Source: Flavobacteriaceae bacterium
GTDB lineage: Bacteria; Patescibacteriota; Minisyncoccia; Phycocordibacterales; UBA1006
Direction of reading: 5' to 3'
DNA length: 39,502 nt
Assembly: GCA_047614005.1 (NCBI GenBank)
Contig: JBLHIK010000003.1
Location: 1 to 39,502, forward strand
Positions 1 to 11,812 of this stretch are shown here, piece by piece. Made by a program: the position numbers and the translations under genes. Under the pieces are notes generated by a model. The model did not search any database, was not told the origin of the DNA, and saw only the letters and a list, made by a program, of their open reading frames with translations. The first letter of the stretch is position 1; every line of letters starts with the position of its first letter.

Positions 1-21
1 TGGTGTTATTTTTATTGTAAT

Positions 22-127
22 TGTATCAAAAAGCACTTTTTGATTTTTGAGTCTGAGGTCTTGCTATTTTGAACAAAACATGCTTTAATAAGAGTAAATA
101 ATATAGATCGTCTATATTTTGAATTTG
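22..127 (+). repeat. 106-bp direct repeat (copy 1) carrying a sigma70-type promoter; copy 2 at 929..1034
   Basis: Matches 929..1034 with one mismatch (agagtaaat vs agagcaaat). Contains TTGCTA-17bp-TTTAAT with an extended TGn (61..89). Confidence 0.9.
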
Positions 128-148
128 TAATTTATAAATTAAATAGCC

Positions 149-805
149 ATGAAGAAAAAAGAACTTGATTTACAGAACTTAAGTGCTGAAGATTTTCTAA
201 AACTCTTAGAAGATAAAAAAGGCGACTTATCTAATGTGTACTATACTGTCATAGAAGCTGTGGTGATGAAAGGCATTTATTATTTCTCCATATCTCTAGG
301 CAATGGAACTTTCAAAGGTGTATACAATTGCAATAATGCTATTTTTGAAAATATATACAATTGCAATAATGCTACTTTTAAAGATGTATACCATTGCGAT
401 GATGCTGCTTTTGAAAATGGATACCATTGCGATGATGCTGCTTTTGAAAATGGATACTATTGTGATAATGCTACTTTTAAAGATGGCTACTATTGTCATA
501 ATGCTACTTTTGAAAATGGATACTATTGTGATAATGCTACTTTTAAAGATGGCTACTATTGTCATAATGCTACTTTTGAAAATGGATACTATTGCGATAG
601 TGGAACTTTCAAAGGTGTGTATTTTTGCGATAATGCTACTTTTAAAAATGGATACCATTGCCACAATGCTACTTTTGACAATGGATACTATTGCGATAAT
701 GCTACTTTTGATGGTCATTTTTACGCATATAATCATGCGAAAATAGGACAAGCATATTTCATGTGGAAAACGACAAAAGTCCATCTAGACTGGAGACAGC
801 TTTAA
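149..805 (+). CDS. Cys/His/Tyr-rich decapeptide (pentapeptide-like) repeat protein
   Basis: About 14 tandem 30-bp repeats encoding (D/H)NATF(E/K)(N/D)GYYC. Preceded by a promoter and followed by a terminator. Confidence 0.8.
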   Translation: MKKKELDLQNLSAEDFLKLLEDKKGDLSNVYYTVIEAVVMKGIYYFSISLGNGTFKGVYNCNNAIFENIYNCNNATFKDVYHCDDAAFENGYHCDDAAFENGYYCDNATFKDGYYCHNATFENGYYCDNATFKDGYYCHNATFENGYYCDSGTFKGVYFCDNATFKNGYHCHNATFDNGYYCDNATFDGHFYAYNHAKIGQAYFMWKTTKVHLDWRQL

Positions 806-825
806 AATCATTTTTTTTAAACAAA

Positions 826-862
826 TAAAACCTGTCTATGCAGTAAATAGACAGGTTTTTTT
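826..862 (+). terminator. Intrinsic terminator
   Basis: aaaacctgtcta...tagacaggttttttt hairpin with a T-tract directly after ORF 149..805. Confidence 0.75.
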
Positions 863-865
863 ATA

Positions 866-957
866 TCAAATTTGATAAATCAAAAAAAACGTCGCCCGTA
901 AGGGTGACGTTTTTTAGTATTTAAACTGTGTATCAAAAAGCACTTTTTGATTTTTGA
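866..957. repeat. ~91-bp direct repeat containing a bidirectional terminator hairpin; second copy at 1613..1703
   Basis: tcaaatttgataaatcaaaaaaacgtcgcccgtaagggtgacgttttttagtatttaaactgtgtat..aaaagcactttttgatttttga occurs at both positions. Confidence 0.9.
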
Positions 958-1034
958 GTCTGAGGTCTTGCTATTTTGAACAAAACATGCTTTAATAAGA
1001 GCAAATAATATAGATCGTCTATATTTTGAATTTG
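929..1034 (+). repeat. 106-bp promoter-containing direct repeat (copy 2)
   Basis: Near-identical to 22..127. Confidence 0.9.
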
Positions 1035-1055
1035 AAACTTGTAAAATAAATAACG

Positions 1056-1547
1056 ATGGAAAAAGAAAATTTAATTGCGCAAGCATATAAAAAAGGTTGT
1101 TTGCATTTAATCAAAAAAAATTACCTACTGGAATGGCTAAAGGATAAGGATAGTGAAAAAATAATTGAGGTGTTTTCTAAAGAGAAAGATGGCGAAGTTT
1201 CTAAGGTATTAAGCTATCACTTACTTGAAACAATACAGGGTTTTGAAAAGATTAAATCTCTTTTTCTTAGTCTAACAAACTGGTTAAAAAGAAGAGAATT
1301 TACTCAATCTTTTTCAAATAATTTTTCTGCAGAAAATTTTATAAAATTAATTCATTCAGAGTCTATTGCTTGTATACAAAGTAGTCTTTTTGAAAAAATG
1401 AAAGAAGTACATCCTGACTACATTAGTAAAATCCCCATTACGCAAGTTGAACTTCTTTACAAAAACGAGAACTCTTTTCTTAAGATTCAAGATAAAAATT
1501 CTCTAAAGATGGCACTGTTGAGGACTAGCGATATAATCAGCATGTAA
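1056..1547 (+). CDS. Hypothetical protein (163 aa)
   Basis: AT-rich ORF between the duplicated promoter and a hairpin terminator (1563..1600). No recognisable motif. Confidence 0.65.
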   Translation: MEKENLIAQAYKKGCLHLIKKNYLLEWLKDKDSEKIIEVFSKEKDGEVSKVLSYHLLETIQGFEKIKSLFLSLTNWLKRREFTQSFSNNFSAENFIKLIHSESIACIQSSLFEKMKEVHPDYISKIPITQVELLYKNENSFLKIQDKNSLKMALLRTSDIISM

Positions 1548-1612
1548 TCTTATACATAATACAACCCGCGAAACAGATTTTCTGTTTCGACGGGTTTTCT
1601 TTTTATATCAAA

Positions 1613-1703
1613 TCAAATTTGATAAATCAAAAAAACGTCGCCCGTAAGGGTGACGTTTTTTAGTATTTAAACTGTGTATTGAAAAGCACTTTTTGATTTT
1701 TGA
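1613..1703 (-). terminator. Probable 16S transcript terminator (hairpin ~1628..1661) inside repeat copy 2
   Basis: aaaaaaacgtcgccc-gtaa-gggtgacgtttttt lies just past the 3' processing-stem strand of the 16S gene. Confidence 0.7.
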
Positions 1704-1874
1704 AATAATTTAAGAAATATACTTTATTTTGTTTCGTTCCAGCCTTTGGTACCACCCAAAGGTCTTTCGTTTTCTTATCCCAGAAAACAAGGGGCTTGTT
1801 TATACTGTCAAACGCAGTTCATGTTTTCACATATGTATATACATATATATTCGACCCTTCCTTTTATATAAAAT

Positions 1875-3378
<1,504 letters not shown>

Positions 3379-3681
3379 AGACTAGGTTCTAAATGAAAAC
3401 TACTAAGTAGATGTACATTTAGAATGGATTGTCTTGAAACGAAACAAAATAAAATATATTTACTTTGTTATTTCTTGTTTGTTATTTTGAAATATATTGT
3501 GAGTTGTTAACACAATATATTTCATGTTGATTATTTCAATCATCATTTAGGTTTTGGAATATATCTCCTCGCTGATACAAAAGTGGTTTACCTCTAAGTA
3601 TCGTAAGATATATTCCGGTGCTTTTCAATTGACAATTTACAGTGCTATTCAGGAAACAATGTGTAACCTGATGCGTGAGCT

Positions 3682-3709
3682 ATTATACACGTAGAACAAA
3701 CCATGTCAA
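3682..3709 (-). promoter_or_regulatory. rRNA promoter
   Basis: Minus strand TTGACA-16bp-TATAAT about 300 nt upstream of the 16S 5' end. A 16-bp spacer is typical of rrn P1 promoters. Confidence 0.8.
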
Positions 3710-3840
3710 ATGATTTTGTGGAGAAAATAATATATCTACTTCACACTACATTTATCACTTCTGCGCAAGCCTCCTTATGTGAACTTTTGCTAAGATTTTT
3801 GACAAGATTCAACCTTAATAAAAAGTTATTTTACAAACAA

Positions 3841-3868
3841 AAAAAGAGCCGTGAGGCTCTTTTTTTTA
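3841..3868 (-). terminator. Intrinsic terminator
   Basis: aaaaagagcc-gtga-ggctcttttt hairpin downstream of ORF 3907..4143. Confidence 0.7.
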
Positions 3869-3906
3869 CATGATTATTTCAAAAAATTGTAATCATTTTT
3901 TTAATA

Positions 3907-4143
3907 TTAATTAAAAGAATTACGTGCTGATGTTTCGTTTAATAAAATAAGAGCATCATAAAATTTTTTAGTAAATTTTGCTTTATGATTTTTTTCATAA
4001 TATTCCAATTGATTTATAGTAGCTTTTCGAATACTTTTTACAAATCTACTTTGTTCAGTTTCTCTCTCTTTACCTTCAAGTTGAACATCTATATCTTTAA
4101 TATTCTTAGTTTCTTGTTTTGAGGTTGGAAATTGCTCTTTCAT
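3907..4143 (-). CDS. Hypothetical protein (78 aa)
   Basis: ATG-started ORF, co-oriented with 4158..4424 and followed by a terminator. Confidence 0.55.
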   Translation of the reverse strand: MKEQFPTSKQETKNIKDIDVQLEGKERETEQSRFVKSIRKATINQLEYYEKNHKAKFTKKFYDALILLNETSARNSFN

Positions 4144-4157
4144 ATCTGCATTATATA

Positions 4158-4424
4158 CTACTCTTGTAAATCTTCAAAGTATTGTGCTTCTTCTTCAAAT
4201 AAATCTTCCCAGAGAGTGTAGTCTTTGTGCTGTATTGCTTCTTCTTTTTGTCTTTGAATAGAAGTAAATTTTGATATATTTTCTTTTTGAGAAAATATCA
4301 AATCAATAAAAAGCATTTTGGATTCGTGGTCTTCTACTTGGGAAAGTTTGCGTTCCCAAAAAGCCCTATCCTCTGTGGAAAGTGCGACGCGCGATAATAG
4401 CATTGTATATTCATCCGTACTCAT
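4158..4424 (-). CDS. Hypothetical acidic protein (88 aa)
   Basis: ORF with a TATACT -10 box 6 nt before the ATG. Confidence 0.65.
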   Translation of the reverse strand: MSTDEYTMLLSRVALSTEDRAFWERKLSQVEDHESKMLFIDLIFSQKENISKFTSIQRQKEEAIQHKDYTLWEDLFEEEAQYFEDLQE

Positions 4425-4500
4425 AAACTAAGTATAGCAAAAAAATAAAAACATGTAGTTCTTTTTACACAGAAAAAATGACAGGGGAATCTCCTCGAGA

Positions 4501-4547
4501 TTTTATAAAAAGTGTGAGAGGTCGGACCTCTCACACTTTTTATAAAA
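4501..4547. repeat. Perfect 23-bp-arm palindrome centred on GAGGTC-G-GACCTC (REP-like)
   Basis: ttttataaaaagtgtgagaggtc-g-gacctctcacactttttataaaa. The same core recurs at 17157..17198 and 22187..22239. Confidence 0.85.
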
Positions 4548-4553
4548 CTGGTT

Positions 4554-4991
4554 TTACTTTTTTAGAATATCTCGAATATCAGAAAGAATAAGCTCCTCTC
4601 TCGATGGTTTGTAAGTTTCTTTTGGTTTATCGTCTTCTTCTCTCTTAAGCCTATTGATACCTTTTATCACTACAAATAGACCAAAGGAAACTATAGCAAA
4701 AGCAAGAAGCGCGTTTATAAACAAACCATATCCCAGAGCTACTCCTCCAGCAGAACGAATAGCAGATATTGAAGTCATATCAATACCTTCTATTGTAGGC
4801 ATGCGTAATATCATAAAGAGGTTTGAAAAATCTGGACTCTTGAAGATTCCAGAAACAATAGGCATCAGAACATCGTCTACGAGAGATTTTATAACTGTAC
4901 CAAATGCAACACCAATAACTATACCTACAGACATATCTATCATGTTGCCTTTAATAGCAAATGTTTTGAATTCTTTAAATATCTTTTTCAT
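4554..4991 (-). CDS. mscL: Large-conductance mechanosensitive channel
   Basis: FKEFKTFAIKGNMIDMSVGIVIGVAF...SLVDDVLMP and C-terminal EELILSDIRDIL motifs. Start placed at MKKIF. Confidence 0.95.
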   Translation of the reverse strand: MKKIFKEFKTFAIKGNMIDMSVGIVIGVAFGTVIKSLVDDVLMPIVSGIFKSPDFSNLFMILRMPTIEGIDMTSISAIRSAGGVALGYGLFINALLAFAIVSFGLFVVIKGINRLKREEDDKPKETYKPSREELILSDIRDILKK

Positions 4992-5002
4992 GTTTTTGAA
5001 TT

Positions 5003-5503
5003 TTAATTTTTCTGTAGCCAATCAATCATTTCTTGATATGTTCCTGGACCAGGTTCACCATCAGAAGTAATACCTGCTGACTTTTGAAAAGCAACAATGC
5101 TTGCCTTTGTGCCATTTCCAAAATCGTTGTCGATGCGTGCATCTTTTCCTTCGAAAACATTTAAGAATTTTTGGACAGTACCGACGCGTGTCCCCCTTGA
5201 TCCTACTTTCATGACAACCTTGTCGTCAATGAGTTTGTCTAGCTCAGTTATAAGAGCGTTATGTTCAGTTGAAGGAACTACTTCGCTCTTCACCTCATCT
5301 TGTTTTGTGTCGGGAGATATTTCTTCCTCTTCTTCTATTTGAATATCAGGTAAGGGATCACTCTCCACCTCTTCTTTTTTAATATCTTGTACGAGAAATT
5401 CATCCCCTTTTTCTAAACCGTATACAGCCATAACCCCAAGAAAAACTAAAATACCGATACAGAGAAAATAAAAGACGAAAGATTTGATTTGTTCTTTATG
5501 CAT
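5003..5503 (-). CDS. Membrane-anchored peptidoglycan-binding domain protein
   Basis: N-terminal TM segment, acidic linker, and C-terminal PG_binding_1-like GSRGTRVGTVQKFL...DNDFGNGTKASIVAFQKSAGITSDGEPGPGT. Confidence 0.85.
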   Translation of the reverse strand: MHKEQIKSFVFYFLCIGILVFLGVMAVYGLEKGDEFLVQDIKKEEVESDPLPDIQIEEEEEISPDTKQDEVKSEVVPSTEHNALITELDKLIDDKVVMKVGSRGTRVGTVQKFLNVFEGKDARIDNDFGNGTKASIVAFQKSAGITSDGEPGPGTYQEMIDWLQKN

Positions 5504-5598
5504 ATATCTATTGTATCAAATTTTTTTATATCTGTACAAGAAAAAATACACCATTGTGAATATGGTGTATTTTTTAAAATTATATAGACATAGTAAAA

Positions 5599-7242
<1,644 letters not shown>

Positions 7243-7253
7243 TTACTAATAAA

Positions 7254-7556
7254 TTATTTAAGAATTGCTAAAATATTATCTTCTCGAACGATAAGATATT
7301 TTTCTCCCTCTACCTCTATTTCATCAGGACCATATTTTGCAAACAAAACAGTATCTCCTACAGATACATTCACAGGGATAGTAGTCCCGTCATCTTTCAT
7401 TTTACCAGGACCCACAGCTATCACTTCTCCTTGTTCTTTTTTCTCTTCTTGAGTTGAAGCAGGAAGGATAATACCTGACGCTGTGACGGTGTCTACTGTT
7501 TGTGGTTTTACTAACACTCTATCTCCAAGTGGAGTAATACTAATATTTTTTGACAT
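7254..7556 (-). CDS. groES: Co-chaperonin GroES
   Basis: PLGDRVLVK, TASGIILP and GEVIAVGPG motifs; directly upstream of groEL. Confidence 0.99.
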   Translation of the reverse strand: MSKNISITPLGDRVLVKPQTVDTVTASGIILPASTQEEKKEQGEVIAVGPGKMKDDGTTIPVNVSVGDTVLFAKYGPDEIEVEGEKYLIVREDNILAILK

Positions 7557-7641
7557 AATTAATTTATTAACTAAACATATATATCATCCATATATGTATT
7601 CTTATAATACGAGACCTATTGTATACGCAACACAAATGATG

Positions 7642-7860
7642 TCAAATCACCTCAACAAGTTTTGAACTAAAGTGATGACCTTTTACGATACGCAAGTTTG
7701 CGGGTAGTACTCCTATCTCACCTGCGAGTAGCTCCAGAATTCTTTTATTTGCAAGATTGCGTTCTGCTAGCTCTTTTACTGATACGAGATATTCGTCAAC
7801 ACTCATGCGCTCTATGTATTCTTTCTTTGCTTTTGTGACAACCTTCACTCTTAAATACAT
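7642..7860 (-). CDS. DUF167 (YggU-like) protein
   Basis: 72 aa with VKV..KAK, VSVKE.AE.N.AN and I.KG..S.K pattern. Confidence 0.8.
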   Translation of the reverse strand: MYLRVKVVTKAKKEYIERMSVDEYLVSVKELAERNLANKRILELLAGEIGVLPANLRIVKGHHFSSKLVEVI

Positions 7861-7873
7861 AGACTCCTATCTA

Positions 7874-9109
7874 CTATGAAATAGGAAAAGTAAATTTTCC
7901 ATCTTTGTAGATAATCATCTCTCGTCCGTCTTGAAGAATAGCCGTGACTGTCCTGCGTGTCGTTGAAATAATATCAGTGTGAACTGATGATTCATTGTAA
8001 CCGAGTTTTTCCCATTCACTTTTCTTCACTTTGGAAGCGTCTCCTTTATAACAACCACTTCTATATGCATTTCCAAGAGCAAGGTGAGTATTACCATATA
8101 CACCTCCTGTATTTTCATCATAGAGTGTCTCTCCCATGAATTTGGTGATCTTTGACATGCGAGCATCAGTCAGAGAATACTCCCCTACTTTATCTGCATT
8201 TTTTGTAGCTATCATAGCTTTGAGTACTTTTTCATTTTTTGTTGCACTACTCTTTATCACCTTCCCTTTTTTAAAGCGAAGCTCTATTCCTTCTATTTTA
8301 TTTCCATATCGATAGAGAGGTTCGGAAAATCTCACCCACCCTTCTGTACGTCTCCAATCAGGAGAAGTAAAGCATTCAAAGCTTGGAATATTTCTCCCTG
8401 TGCCTGCTTGCCATGCGCTCTTAGGAGAAAGGCCAATATGCAAATCAATATCAGGTCCTTCTATGTGCATAGTATCGATACACAAGTCATTGAGCTTTTC
8501 CTGAATAGTGCGAAGTGAACGAAGTGTCTTTTTCCATTCTTCTTTTGAATCTTTCTTATTGAGAAAACATGCTTTTATAATCTGCGCCCAATAATCTTTC
8601 TGAGAGAGACCAGCCTCTTGTGCCATTGATTGCGTTCCATAGAGAGCAAGTGTCCACGTAAAGTTTTCTTTATCTTCTTTGTCGCTCAACCAATCAAAAA
8701 GAGGCTTACGCGCTTCTCCTATTTTCATTATTTTTTTAGTATCAACGCCTTTGAGTTCATCTTTGTCTGTCTCTGAAATAATATAAATACTATGATCAAT
8801 TACTTCAGCAAATGCTTTCCAGTATTTCTCAGGGAAAAATTCCAACTGATGCTTTTGAGCGTGAGTATAGAAATCTTTAGAAATATTATATTTCGCATCT
8901 GTAGAAGGAACAAAGAAAGGCAATACATGCCCACCCCTCTTCCATACTGCAACACATACCTCTCTATAGAGAGGCTTTGCAACCTCGGGACACACAACAC
9001 GCACGACAGCTCCTTTTTTCAGGGGCTTTCCTTCATTCAGAGCAAAGTTTACAAGCACGTCTGCATACTTTTCTAATATTTTTTTACTTGGTGTATATTC
9101 TTTTTCCAT
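7874..9109 (-). CDS. M29 family aminopeptidase (AmpS/PepS-like)
   Basis: KYADVLVNFAL, NIPSFECFTSP, GEYSL, LYDEN, HLALG and NESSVHTD motifs. Confidence 0.92.
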   Translation of the reverse strand: MEKEYTPSKKILEKYADVLVNFALNEGKPLKKGAVVRVVCPEVAKPLYREVCVAVWKRGGHVLPFFVPSTDAKYNISKDFYTHAQKHQLEFFPEKYWKAFAEVIDHSIYIISETDKDELKGVDTKKIMKIGEARKPLFDWLSDKEDKENFTWTLALYGTQSMAQEAGLSQKDYWAQIIKACFLNKKDSKEEWKKTLRSLRTIQEKLNDLCIDTMHIEGPDIDLHIGLSPKSAWQAGTGRNIPSFECFTSPDWRRTEGWVRFSEPLYRYGNKIEGIELRFKKGKVIKSSATKNEKVLKAMIATKNADKVGEYSLTDARMSKITKFMGETLYDENTGGVYGNTHLALGNAYRSGCYKGDASKVKKSEWEKLGYNESSVHTDIISTTRRTVTAILQDGREMIIYKDGKFTFPIS

Positions 9110-9127
9110 ATTTCTACAATATCACTA

Positions 9128-9649
9128 TTAATTTACACTACTCAATCTCTTTTCTCTTTTTTCTTTAAGAAAACGAATAAGATAATAGACAATCAAAATT
9201 CCCCATAGTGAGAAAAATATCTGAGGCGTTCCCCATGGAATACCTATAGGTAGAGTGTATGTTGAAAGTGGAAAGAGAAAAGGTGTCGGAAAGAAATCAG
9301 GAGAGTGAAGTGGTATATCCATAATAATATGAAGTGGCCACGCAAAGAGAGGTAGCCACCATTTTTTAGATATCACGCGCACAAGTAAAAGTACGCAAAG
9401 AAATATAATGAGACTATGTGAAAAATTATAAATATAAGCAGAGAGATCAAGATTCCCCATTCCCGAATGATGTCCTCCGTGACCATTAAAAATTCCTATA
9501 AAAAAAGATGGTGCAAAAGCAATGAAGTCTGGCAAAATACCAAACAAAAAAGCCCACCAGAAAAAACGCTTCCTTTTCTCTTTTGGGATTTTATTTCTCA
9601 ATGCTTTTGAAAGAGCTCCTCCATATAAACCATGTGCAAGTATATCCAT
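9128..9649 (-). CDS. Inner-membrane putative metal-dependent hydrolase
   Basis: MDILAHG, LPD, SHSL and HIIMD pattern with several TM segments. Confidence 0.75.
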   Translation of the reverse strand: MDILAHGLYGGALSKALRNKIPKEKRKRFFWWAFLFGILPDFIAFAPSFFIGIFNGHGGHHSGMGNLDLSAYIYNFSHSLIIFLCVLLLVRVISKKWWLPLFAWPLHIIMDIPLHSPDFFPTPFLFPLSTYTLPIGIPWGTPQIFFSLWGILIVYYLIRFLKEKREKRLSSVN

Positions 9650-9747
9650 TTAAAAAGTATAACATTAAAATATTTATAAGTGTCCTATCTTTGAATGTGT
9701 ATATCATTCAACTTGCATAATAAAAGCTTTTATGTACAATACCACCT

Positions 9748-9972
9748 ATGAATACAATTATTCCATGGCTACAGATAGTAGTTGTCGTTATCCTTGTCGT
9801 ATCAGTTCTCCTACAACAAACAGGCGCAGGCCTTGGAGGAGCTCTTGGCGGAGGATCAGATGCTGGTAGCAATTTCCACACACGACGAGGACCAGAAAAA
9901 GTACTATTCTATGTTACTATAGTAACAGGAATTATTTTTACACTGCTTTCTATTATGACGCTTTTTATATAG
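9748..9972 (+). CDS. secG: Preprotein translocase subunit SecG
   Basis: Two TM segments, LLQQ.GAGLGGALGG loop, TRRG.EK.L motif. Confidence 0.93.
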   Translation: MNTIIPWLQIVVVVILVVSVLLQQTGAGLGGALGGGSDAGSNFHTRRGPEKVLFYVTIVTGIIFTLLSIMTLFI

Positions 9973-10093
9973 TCTTCTAAAGATTATATCTATATAAGAA
10001 CGTACTGTAAGAATGTTACAGAGGTATTTCTTCTGTTTCCATGAAATAATATATTTTAATTTATCATTAATTTATCACATACTAACTTTATAT

Positions 10094-11773
10094 ATGGGAA
10101 AATTCACAACACTACGTGCAAATCTCTTGCGAGCTGTACGAACACTCTCTCATCGAGAATGGTTTGGTTTTATGACACTAGTCTTTATTGCGCTTTTAAG
10201 CATGCTTGTTCTTGCAGGAGCAGCTTATAGGCTACATACAGTAGAAACACCATCGAGCGGAGGAACTCTCCACGAAGGGTTTATTGGATCACCTAACATC
10301 ATAAATCCAGTATTGAGCAATACCGATATAGATCAGTCTGTATCAACACTTGTCTTTTCTGGACTCATGAGACTCGACCCAGAAACAAGAACATACACAC
10401 CTGACCTTGCAGAAGGATACACTCTCTCTGAAGATGAAAAAACATACACTTTTATTCTCAAAGACAATCTTGTATTTCATGACAATACACCTATCTCTAC
10501 TCAAGACATTGCACTGACTATAGAACTTGTGCAAAACAGAAGTGTAGAGAGTCCTCTTTTTACGCGTTGGCAAGGAGTACAAGTAGATGTCATAAACGAA
10601 AAAACCATCAGCTTTACTCTAGAAAATAAATATGGTGAATTTCTCCAAAACACCACTCTTGGAATTCTCCCTCATCATATTTGGTCACAAATACCAACAG
10701 ACCAAATAGAGAAGGCGAGTACTCTTGAATTCCCTATAGGTAGTGGTCCTTTCAAAGTTCACAATATAGAAAGAGATTCTACAGGAATTATTACACGGAT
10801 AGATATGAAGCGTTTTAAGTCATTTGCTCTTGGAACACCTTATCTTAAGAAAGTAGAGTTATTATTTTTTCCGAATGAATCAAAGCTCATAAAAGCTCTT
10901 AATAAAAACAACATAGACAGAGCAATAGCCCTTTCTCCTCAGTCCCTCGAAGAACTTTCAAAAGATATAAAAATAAGCACACATCCTCTTTCTCGCATCT
11001 TTTCACTCTTTATTAATACAAGCGAAAATGAAGCTCTCAAAGAAAAAGAAGTTCGTGAACTTCTTGAAAAGATGATAGATAAAGAAGATCTTATATCAAC
11101 ATCACTGAATGGATTTGGGATACCTGCAAACAGCCCCCTTCCGTCATATACTCCTACTGAAGAAAAATTCCTTGTCTCAGTAGAAGATTTTATAGAAAAC
11201 TCAAAGAAGATCTCACTCAACGAAGAAGGAACAGTACTATATGACTCAAAGCCTATCTCTTTTACTATTAGCACTGCTGATACTAACGAACTTGTATCAG
11301 GTGCTGAATATATAAAAGAAAAACTTTCACCTTATGGTATAAATGTTACTCTTGCTGTTTTTGAAACAGGAACATTAACACAAGAAATCATACGAACAAG
11401 AAGATACGAAGTCCTTCTCTTTGGTCAAATCATACAACAATATTCAGACCTCTTTGCATTCTGGCATTCTTCTCAAAGAAATGACCCTGGTTTAAATATT
11501 GCCCTTCTTACAGATTCTGATCTTGATACTACACTAGAAAAATTTGTAGAAACAAGCAACGAGGAAGAGAGAAAAAAACTGTTAGAAAAAATACATACGA
11601 GCATCACAGAGGACACTCGAACTATTTTTCTCTATCAGCCAGAACTCATAATGGGAGAGCAAAAAAACCTCACCTCACACAATTCAAAATATACATTTAT
11701 CAATAACTCATCAGAGAGACTGATAAACATATATAAAGAATTCAAGAGAACTCATCGCAAATGGAAACAATAA
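10094..11773 (+). CDS. ABC transporter peptide/nickel substrate-binding protein (family 5)
   Basis: INPVL, LVFSGL, PDLAE, YTF.LK..FHD, PIGSGPF and FWHSSQ motifs. Start moved to ATG 10094. Confidence 0.9.
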   Translation: MGKFTTLRANLLRAVRTLSHREWFGFMTLVFIALLSMLVLAGAAYRLHTVETPSSGGTLHEGFIGSPNIINPVLSNTDIDQSVSTLVFSGLMRLDPETRTYTPDLAEGYTLSEDEKTYTFILKDNLVFHDNTPISTQDIALTIELVQNRSVESPLFTRWQGVQVDVINEKTISFTLENKYGEFLQNTTLGILPHHIWSQIPTDQIEKASTLEFPIGSGPFKVHNIERDSTGIITRIDMKRFKSFALGTPYLKKVELLFFPNESKLIKALNKNNIDRAIALSPQSLEELSKDIKISTHPLSRIFSLFINTSENEALKEKEVRELLEKMIDKEDLISTSLNGFGIPANSPLPSYTPTEEKFLVSVEDFIENSKKISLNEEGTVLYDSKPISFTISTADTNELVSGAEYIKEKLSPYGINVTLAVFETGTLTQEIIRTRRYEVLLFGQIIQQYSDLFAFWHSSQRNDPGLNIALLTDSDLDTTLEKFVETSNEEERKKLLEKIHTSITEDTRTIFLYQPELIMGEQKNLTSHNSKYTFINNSSERLINIYKEFKRTHRKWKQ

Positions 11774-11812
11774 ATTATTAAACATTATTATAAATATCAA
11801 TACTAAAACAAC

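Noticed and set aside
296-784. Alternative-frame ORFs 296..784 (-) and 303..746 (+)
   Set aside because: They are by-products of the 30-bp repeat. Only 149..805 fits the promoter and terminator.
3404-3416. taagtagatgtac shared between the 16S leader and the duplicated sRNA candidate
   Set aside because: It is a single short AT-rich match with no further similarity, so it may be chance.
7557-7641. CIRCE operator upstream of groES
   Set aside because: No TTAGCACTC-N9-GAGTGCTAA is visible.
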